Origin: Planctomycetota bacterium
Lineage (GTDB): Bacteria > Planctomycetota > UBA8108 > SXIK01
Direction: 5' to 3'
Length of the DNA: 64,000 nucleotides
NCBI GenBank assembly: GCA_965223265.1
Contig: OZ244999.1
Coordinates: forward strand, 1,632,001 to 1,696,000
Shown here: piece after piece, positions 57,570 through 64,000 of the stretch
Layout of the letters: each line of letters starts with the position of its first letter
Numbering within the stretch: position 1 is the stretch's first letter
Program-made: the position numbers and the translations under genes
Notes under the pieces: model-generated
The model's database searches: none
What the model was told of the DNA's origin: nothing
What the model saw: only the letters and a program-made list of their open reading frames with translations

Positions 57570-60293
57570 ATGGTCAACACGCATCCCGCTTCAACGATGT
57601 GGGCGTCTCGGTTGTGGAATCGGCGGCGGACGCGACCGCTGCGTACGTGCTGGTGGCCTTGTGCGATCGTCGCCGTGCTGATGGGTGGCGCCCAGGTCGC
57701 GGCTGCGCCGGACGCTCCCGAGGTGGACGTGCCGCTCGAGCCGATCACCATCGGTGAGCCGCAGAGCATCGAAGTTTCGCCGGCTGAGTTCCTGCTGCAG
57801 AGCCGGGGCGAGAAAGTTCAACTGATCGTCACAGGCGTCTACGCGGACGGTCACGTCCAGGACCTGACGCGGGTGGCCGAATTCGCCTCGCGCGATCCAA
57901 GTATCGCGGTCGTCGAGGATGCAGTGGTGTTGCCGCGCAGCGACGGTGAAACGACGATCGTCGTCAAAGCCGGGAAACAAGCTGCGAGTGTTACCCTCCG
58001 TGTCGTCGGTGTCGCCGGGAAGCGGGCTCAGAAGTCCGTGTCGTTTCGCCACGATGTGCTCGCCGCGCTCTCCAAGCAGGGATGCAATTCCGGCGCCTGT
58101 CATGGTTCCCCCACCGGCAAGGGGGGATTCCGTCTGTCGCTGCGCGCGTTCGACGCCGAGCTGGACGAATTCACGCTGCTGCGGGAAGACTATGGGCGCC
58201 GCACGAATCCTTTCGACGCAGAGTCAAGTCTGCTGCTCATGAAGCCGCTCATGCGCGTGCCACACGGCGGCGGGCGCAAGCTTGAGGCGACCGATCCAGC
58301 TTTTGGCGTACTGCGCGACTGGATTGCGGCAGGGACCAAAGTCGACGACCCCGACACATCCCGGTGCGTCGGCATCGAGATCCTGCCCGGCGACAACCGT
58401 ACACTCGCGCGCCCCGCGCACACTCAGCAGCTCTCCGTCCTGGCGAAGTTCTCGGACGGCACCGTGCGCGACGTGACTGAGCTCGCAGTCTACAGTGTGT
58501 CGGACAACGAAGTGGCCCGCGTCACGAGAGGCGGGCTGGTGATCGGTCTCGATCGCGGCGAGGCTGCGATTCTTGTGCGTTATCTCGAATTCGTCGAGTC
58601 GACGATCATGACGTTCGTGAGGGAATTCGACGGGTACGAGTGGAACGACCCGCCAACGAATAACTTCATCGACTCGCTCGTGCACGCGAAACTCAGGAAG
58701 CTCAGGTATTTGCCGTCCGAGTTGTGCAGCGATGCGGAGTTTTTGAGGCGCGTCTCTCTCGACCTCACCGGCGCCTTGCCGACGGTCGCCGCCGCCCAGC
58801 GGTTTTTGGGAAACTCCTCGCCAAACAAGCGCAGTGAGCTCGTCGACGAGCTCCTTGAGCGCCCCGAGTACGCCAAGTTTTGGACGCTTAAATGGGGCGA
58901 TCTCCTGCGCATGAATAGCGTTCAAGTCGGAGCTGACGGAGTTTACAAGTATCACCGCTGGGTCGAGCAGACGATCGCCGCCAACGTGCCGTATGACGAG
59001 TTCGCGCGGCAGCTGCTCACCGCCTCCGGGAGTACGATTCACAACCCCCCGGCGAATTTCTATCGCACCGCAAACGACATGAACGACTGCGTCGAGTCGA
59101 TCTCGCAGATCTTTCTGGGGGCGCGTCTGCAATGCGCCAAGTGTCACAATCACCCGTTTGAGAGCTGGACCCAGGACAATTACTACGGCATGGGCGCCTT
59201 TTTTCATCGCGTGCAGCGAAAGAAAGGCCAAGGCGTCGATGAGCTTCTCGTCTGGATGTCGACGAACGGCGATGTGACGCAGCCCCGTACCGGAGAGAAA
59301 ATGAAGCCTTGGGTCCCTGTCGCTGGTGTGCTCGAAGAGGTCAACTCGTCGGATCACCGCACGACGTTCGCGGACTGGTTGACTTCGCCCGACAACCCAT
59401 TTTTTGCTCGCATCGAGGCGAACCGCATTTGGAGTCATCTTTTTGGCCGCGGTATCGTCGATCCTGTGGATGACTTCCGCGCCTCAAACCCACCGTCGAA
59501 CGCGCCCCTTCTCGACGCGCTCGCTGCTGATTTTGTCGAGCATGGGTTTGACCGCAAGCACCTCATCCGCACCATTTTGAACAGCCGCACCTACCAGATG
59601 AGTTACGTTCCCAACCGCTTCAACGAGAGCGATGAAAAGTACTTCTCGCACTTCCAACCACGTTTGTTGAGTGCCGAGCAAATGCTTGACGCCATCTGTC
59701 ACGTCACCGGTACGACCGAGCGATTCGGCGCACTGCCGCCGGGAATGAAGGCGACGCAGATCCCGGCGCCGGATGTCGCCAACCACGAATTTCTCAAACT
59801 CTTCGGTCAGCCGGAGCGTGACACCGTGTGCGAGTGTGAACGCGTCAAAGAGTCGAATCTCGGGATGGCGCTGCAGTTCGTCAACGGTCCGCTGATCGAG
59901 GGCAAGGTGCAGGCAGCAGACAACAGGTTTCGCCGCTCGCTTGAAGCGGGGCGAACGGACGAGGAGATCGTCACGGAAATGCATCTCGCAGCGTTGTCGC
60001 GCCGGCCGACCTCAGATGAGATGGCGTCAAGTCTTGACCACTTGGCGAATAAGCGGCGTGAGCTCGAGGCGCAGAACGCGAGGGTACGCGAGGAGCTAAC
60101 TCAGGCCAACGAAGAGCTGGCCGAATTGACGGCGGCGACGTCCCCCTCGAGCGCTGAAAGACTCGAGGCGGCGAAGGCCAAGATTGCGGAGCTTGAGAGT
60201 GCGCTGGTGTCTGCCGAGCACGTGCGCGCGATTGGTCTCGAGGATATCTGCTGGGTGCTCCTCAATCGCAACGAGTTCTTGTTCAATCATTGA
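57570..60293 (+). CDS. DUF1549/DUF1553 protein with Ig-like (BIG2) domains; start uncertain
   Basis: GCNSGACHG..GKGGFRLSL, CAKCHNHPFE, NPFFAR..NRIW..FGRGIVDPVDD, CECER, EFLFNH. Confidence 0.9.
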   Translation: MVNTHPASTMWASRLWNRRRTRPLRTCWWPCAIVAVLMGGAQVAAAPDAPEVDVPLEPITIGEPQSIEVSPAEFLLQSRGEKVQLIVTGVYADGHVQDLTRVAEFASRDPSIAVVEDAVVLPRSDGETTIVVKAGKQAASVTLRVVGVAGKRAQKSVSFRHDVLAALSKQGCNSGACHGSPTGKGGFRLSLRAFDAELDEFTLLREDYGRRTNPFDAESSLLLMKPLMRVPHGGGRKLEATDPAFGVLRDWIAAGTKVDDPDTSRCVGIEILPGDNRTLARPAHTQQLSVLAKFSDGTVRDVTELAVYSVSDNEVARVTRGGLVIGLDRGEAAILVRYLEFVESTIMTFVREFDGYEWNDPPTNNFIDSLVHAKLRKLRYLPSELCSDAEFLRRVSLDLTGALPTVAAAQRFLGNSSPNKRSELVDELLERPEYAKFWTLKWGDLLRMNSVQVGADGVYKYHRWVEQTIAANVPYDEFARQLLTASGSTIHNPPANFYRTANDMNDCVESISQIFLGARLQCAKCHNHPFESWTQDNYYGMGAFFHRVQRKKGQGVDELLVWMSTNGDVTQPRTGEKMKPWVPVAGVLEEVNSSDHRTTFADWLTSPDNPFFARIEANRIWSHLFGRGIVDPVDDFRASNPPSNAPLLDALAADFVEHGFDRKHLIRTILNSRTYQMSYVPNRFNESDEKYFSHFQPRLLSAEQMLDAICHVTGTTERFGALPPGMKATQIPAPDVANHEFLKLFGQPERDTVCECERVKESNLGMALQFVNGPLIEGKVQAADNRFRRSLEAGRTDEEIVTEMHLAALSRRPTSDEMASSLDHLANKRRELEAQNARVREELTQANEELAELTAATSPSSAERLEAAKAKIAELESALVSAEHVRAIGLEDICWVLLNRNEFLFNH

Positions 60294-60399
60294 CAGGGGC
60301 GGCAGTCGTTCTGAGGGGCGCCCTCTGATCTCTACGAGAACGCCGCGCACCGTCGGCCCCCTGTGCAAGCTCAGCAGTCGCGGGTGGTCTCAACGGCAC

Positions 60400-61857
60400 T
60401 CAAGCCATGATCTCCCGCACCACTCGGCCATGCACGTCCGTGAGGCGGAAGTCTCGACCCGCGAAGCGATACGTGAGCTTCTCGTGATCGAGACCTAAGC
60501 AATGGAGGATTGTGGCGTGGAGGTCGTGGTAGTGCACCTTGTCCTCGACAGCGGCGAAGCCAAGATCGTCGGTCGCGCCGTGGATGTGTCCGCCCTTCAC
60601 GCCGCCTCCCGCGAGGAGAAACGTGAAGCCGTAGTGGTTGTGGTCGCGCCCTGAAAGCGACGGCAGCTCGGCCACCGGCGTGCGGCCAAACTCGCCGCCG
60701 ACGATCACGAGCGTACTGTCGAGGAGGCCGCGCTGTTTCAGGTCGGAGAGGAACGCAAAGAGCGGCTGGTCGGCTTCCCGCGCGAGTCGTCCGTGCGCTG
60801 ACCTCAGGTTCTCGTGGCTGTCCCAGCCGCCGCCGGCATGGGTGAATACCTGCACGAAGCGTACGCCGCGTTCGATCAGCCGACGCGCGATCATGAGTTG
60901 GCGTCCGTGCGGCCCCGAGCCGTAGAGTTCATGCATGTATCGCGGCTCTTGATCGACGTCGAAGACGTCGCTCGCCTCGAGCTGCATGCGCGATGCTAGC
61001 TCGAAGGATTGAATGCGCGCCTCAAGACGCGGATCCGTTTGGCGTTCGCGGCGGTGCAGCTCGTTGAGGCGGCGGACGAGGTCAAGCTGCCGCCGCTGTT
61101 CGACGGGTGAGAAACTGGTGTTGCGAACGTTCTCGATCAAACGGTCGACATCGCGATGTCGCGTCTCGATGAAGGTGCCCTGATACGCACCCGGAAGAAA
61201 CGAGGATCCCCAGAGTCTCGACCCGAGCGTGGGTACGCCTTCCGGGCAAAGGGCGAAGTAGCCAGGCAAGTTTTGATTCTCGGAGCCGAGCCCATAAGTG
61301 ATCCACGCGCCCCAGCTCGGTCGTGTGACGACGTTGTGGCCGCAGTTGAGAAGCTGAATCGACGGCTCGTGATTCGGCACGTCGCAGTGCATGGAGCGGA
61401 CGACGCAGATGTCATCGATCAGCGCGCCTGTTTTCTCGAAAAGCTCGCTGACTTCGATGCCGCTCTCGCCGCGGTGCTTGAACTTAAACGGCGATCGCAT
61501 CACCGCCCCGGTCTTGCGTTCGGTTGGAAGTCCGAGATCGCCAGCGGGCTGACCGTGCAGCCGATCGAGCATTGGCTTCGGGTCGAACGTGTCGACTTGC
61601 GACGGGCCGCCTTTCAGAAAGAAGTGGACAACGTGTTTCGCCGTGCCGGGAAAATGTGGCTGCTTCGGGGCCAAGGGGCTCAGATTCGCCGTTGACGGTG
61701 GAGCCTCCGCACCAAGCGCGCCATCGTCGGCAAGCACTCCCGCTAGGCCCAGTAGTCCGAGTCCCGCGCCGACGCGGCCGAGCAGGTCACGTCGCGAGCA
61801 TCCCGCCCGCTGCAGTGATTCGAACTGTTGGCTCAGCAATCGATTTGTCGCTCGCAT
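60400..61857 (-). CDS. DUF1501 family protein
   Basis: SRRDLL leader, GGPSQVDTFDPKP, GEFGRTP, GRDHN, DLHATIL, RLTDVHG. Confidence 0.92.
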   Translation of the reverse strand: MRATNRLLSQQFESLQRAGCSRRDLLGRVGAGLGLLGLAGVLADDGALGAEAPPSTANLSPLAPKQPHFPGTAKHVVHFFLKGGPSQVDTFDPKPMLDRLHGQPAGDLGLPTERKTGAVMRSPFKFKHRGESGIEVSELFEKTGALIDDICVVRSMHCDVPNHEPSIQLLNCGHNVVTRPSWGAWITYGLGSENQNLPGYFALCPEGVPTLGSRLWGSSFLPGAYQGTFIETRHRDVDRLIENVRNTSFSPVEQRRQLDLVRRLNELHRRERQTDPRLEARIQSFELASRMQLEASDVFDVDQEPRYMHELYGSGPHGRQLMIARRLIERGVRFVQVFTHAGGGWDSHENLRSAHGRLAREADQPLFAFLSDLKQRGLLDSTLVIVGGEFGRTPVAELPSLSGRDHNHYGFTFLLAGGGVKGGHIHGATDDLGFAAVEDKVHYHDLHATILHCLGLDHEKLTYRFAGRDFRLTDVHGRVVREIMA

Positions 61858-61899
61858 CGTCTTCGAATCGCCCTCTCGTTTCTCGCGACACACTTTTCG

Positions 61900-64000
61900 T
61901 CAGTCGACGAAGACAAACTCATTCGCCATGAGCAAGGCCTGGGCGAGTTGCTCCCACGGCTTAGCCTGCGGACCGCGAAAGTCGAGCCGCGAATCCCAGC
62001 GCGGCGTGTCGCTCGTTCGACTGTCGGCGTCGACGGGAAAGATTTTGACCTCCCATTCGAATTGATCATCGGAGGCATCGCCCACGCCATCCACAACAAA
62101 GTCGAGTGTCGCCCCAGCAGCGAGTTGAGTGATTGCAGCCGTTGTTTTGATGTCGTCACCGTGAACGCTCCAGCGGGAGATCTCTTGACGGCCGTTCAGA
62201 ATCAACCGGGCGCAGACACCATCGCCGAGCGTCTTTTCAACCTCATCGTTGCCTTCCTTGACTTTTTCCTTCTTGGCGACGTGGCTCAGACGTCCTTGGA
62301 TGCGGACGTTGACTGCTCTGCGCGCCGTCCAGCGCCGCACCGGAGTCGGCCCCGGAGCTGGCGCTGTGTGGCCGCCGGTGACATCGAGTCGTATGACCGA
62401 AAGGCCATCTCGGTCGCTGTCTTTCCCTGTGTTCTCGCCGAGGCGCCAGTCGACTCCACTCCAGCGAGGTAGGAGATGGAAGTCTGTCAGATGGCCGGTG
62501 TCCCGCTCGAGCTCGCCGTAGCCGTAGGTCCAGTCGGCGTAGTCTTGGTGAGGCGCGGCGGTGGTCTCGACGAAGTTGTACGCCGCCTCGAGCTCTTCAG
62601 CTCGCGGCTGACGTGCGAAGACGATGCGATAGAGCTCGCGGACTACATCACTCTCGCTGCGCTCAGCTCCAGCGCGCGCTCGTCGTAGCAAGCTGGCTGC
62701 GCACTCGACGACGAAGTGGTGATTCATGAAGAAGAGCGTCTGCTGTGGTACAGTCGTCTCCGGCCGCCGGGCGCTGGTCGCGTCCGGGCTTGGAAAGTCG
62801 AACGCGGAGAGTAAGCCGGGCAAGTCGCCACGGTCGACGAAGCCGTAGACCGCTCGCCGTTTCGGAAAAGGGCGCGAGAGAAGTTTGACGCTCGGTCCGC
62901 CTAAGCGTCTGTCTAAGTCTCCTGCCGCGTCGAGCAACGAGTCGCGGACGCCTTCGAACGAGAGCCGCCGTCGATTCTGTCGCCATAAGAGATTGTTTTC
63001 TGCGTCGATGGTTGCAGCGTCCACGCGATGTTCGCTTGCCTGTCGATACGTCGCCGACAGCAGAATCCGGCGGTGCAGTCGCTTGATTGACCAGCCGTCT
63101 TCCATGAGTCGACTGGCGAGGTGGTCGAGGAGTTCCAGGTGTAGCGGTCGTCCGCTCCTTAGGCCAAAGTCGCTCGGTGTCGCGACGAGAGGGACGCCGA
63201 AGTGATGCATCCACACACGGTTGACCAACACGCGCGCCGTGAGTGGATTCTTTGCGTCGACGATCGCACGAGCGAGCTCAAGTCGCCCACTGCCCATCCT
63301 GAATGATTTGCGGTGTTCGCCGGCAAGTGCACCGAGGAATTGCCGCGGCACAGCTTGACGAGGCTGCGCTGGATTGCCGCGATGGAAGATGCGTGGTTCG
63401 TGGGGGACCGGTGTGTCGACGAGCACCATAGCCCGAGGCGCCATGTTTTTCCCTTTGGCGGCCCAATCCTCGACGTCTTTCAACAGCTTCTTGACGATCT
63501 CCTGCGCGTCGCGGTCGGGAAGGAAGCGGACGAGGTTGAAGCCGATATCGGGAAGCGGGATGTTGGCAGGCGCACCTGGAGCGTAGAGCAGTTGACGCAG
63601 TTCTTCTCGCGCGGGATCGGGGAGACTTTCCGGCGGTGAATCTGGAGCGGCGGCTTTGGACGCGGTCTGCCACATCGCGTCTGTCTCCGCAAGCAGCTCG
63701 CCATAGACGTTGGCGGCGTCCTTCAGAGAACGCGGCGGACTTTTTGCGAACGCGGCGGCAACAAGCGAGTTGACTCTCGGAGGCGCCTTGGGTGCCGCGT
63801 TATGGACGAGCGCTGCGCCTGCTGGAGCACGCTGTACCTGACTGTCGGTCGGCTGCCTCTTCGCGTCGGCCTCCGCGTCCCCGGCCGCAGGCGCACCGGA
63901 GCGCTCGCCTGCGGTGGTGGCGAGTCGCGCCGACAGGCGACGTGCCTCCGCAGCGAATCCTTCTTCCGGCAAGGCTGCAAAGGCGTGCCATGGAGATAAG
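61900..64000 (-). CDS. DUF1553 (PSD1) domain protein, 5' part outside the window
   Basis: SGRLELA, NPLTARVLVNRVWMHHFG, SDFGLRS, EFVFVD; reading frame runs to the window edge. Confidence 0.88.
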   Translation of the reverse strand, partial: LSPWHAFAALPEEGFAAEARRLSARLATTAGERSGAPAAGDAEADAKRQPTDSQVQRAPAGAALVHNAAPKAPPRVNSLVAAAFAKSPPRSLKDAANVYGELLAETDAMWQTASKAAAPDSPPESLPDPAREELRQLLYAPGAPANIPLPDIGFNLVRFLPDRDAQEIVKKLLKDVEDWAAKGKNMAPRAMVLVDTPVPHEPRIFHRGNPAQPRQAVPRQFLGALAGEHRKSFRMGSGRLELARAIVDAKNPLTARVLVNRVWMHHFGVPLVATPSDFGLRSGRPLHLELLDHLASRLMEDGWSIKRLHRRILLSATYRQASEHRVDAATIDAENNLLWRQNRRRLSFEGVRDSLLDAAGDLDRRLGGPSVKLLSRPFPKRRAVYGFVDRGDLPGLLSAFDFPSPDATSARRPETTVPQQTLFFMNHHFVVECAASLLRRARAGAERSESDVVRELYRIVFARQPRAEELEAAYNFVETTAAPHQDYADWTYGYGELERDTGHLTDFHLLPRWSGVDWRLGENTGKDSDRDGLSVIRLDVTGGHTAPAPGPTPVRRWTARRAVNVRIQGRLSHVAKKEKVKEGNDEVEKTLGDGVCARLILNGRQEISRWSVHGDDIKTTAAITQLAAGATLDFVVDGVGDASDDQFEWEVKIFPVDADSRTSDTPRWDSRLDFRGPQAKPWEQLAQALLMANEFVFVD

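Overview
GC-rich bacterial DNA, most likely Planctomycetota: four DUF1501 + DUF1549/DUF1553 pairs, five Cys-type sulfatases, an FG-GAP/dockerin-like secreted protein and H4MPT/methanofuran C1 genes. The left end holds a minus-strand C1 cluster: mfnB, an inserted FG-GAP gene, ftr/fhcD, fwdD, fwdB and fwdA (truncated by the window edge). The ORF track splits fwdB in two, but the break is an in-frame UGA at the Mo/W-ligand position (SL-U-HGP) followed by a bacterial SECIS-like hairpin, so it is probably one selenoprotein with its Fe-S and active-site residues intact. The intergenic DNA carries several small repeat families: (i) three ~161-bp MITE-like hairpins, each starting on the last base of a stop codon in the same transcriptional orientation; (ii) a GTAG-type REP expanded into a 19 x 59-bp tandem array with an invariant core and binary-variable linkers; (iii) two ~180-bp palindromic elements inserted into the loop of that REP and carrying REP copies themselves; (iv) bipartite hexamer microsatellites. 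Other points of note are an Rpn-family nuclease with a probable internal antitoxin ORF and a purple acid phosphatase with an apparently circularly permuted PAS (PAC-then-PAS) insert. All family assignments come from recognising motifs by eye; no database searches were run.
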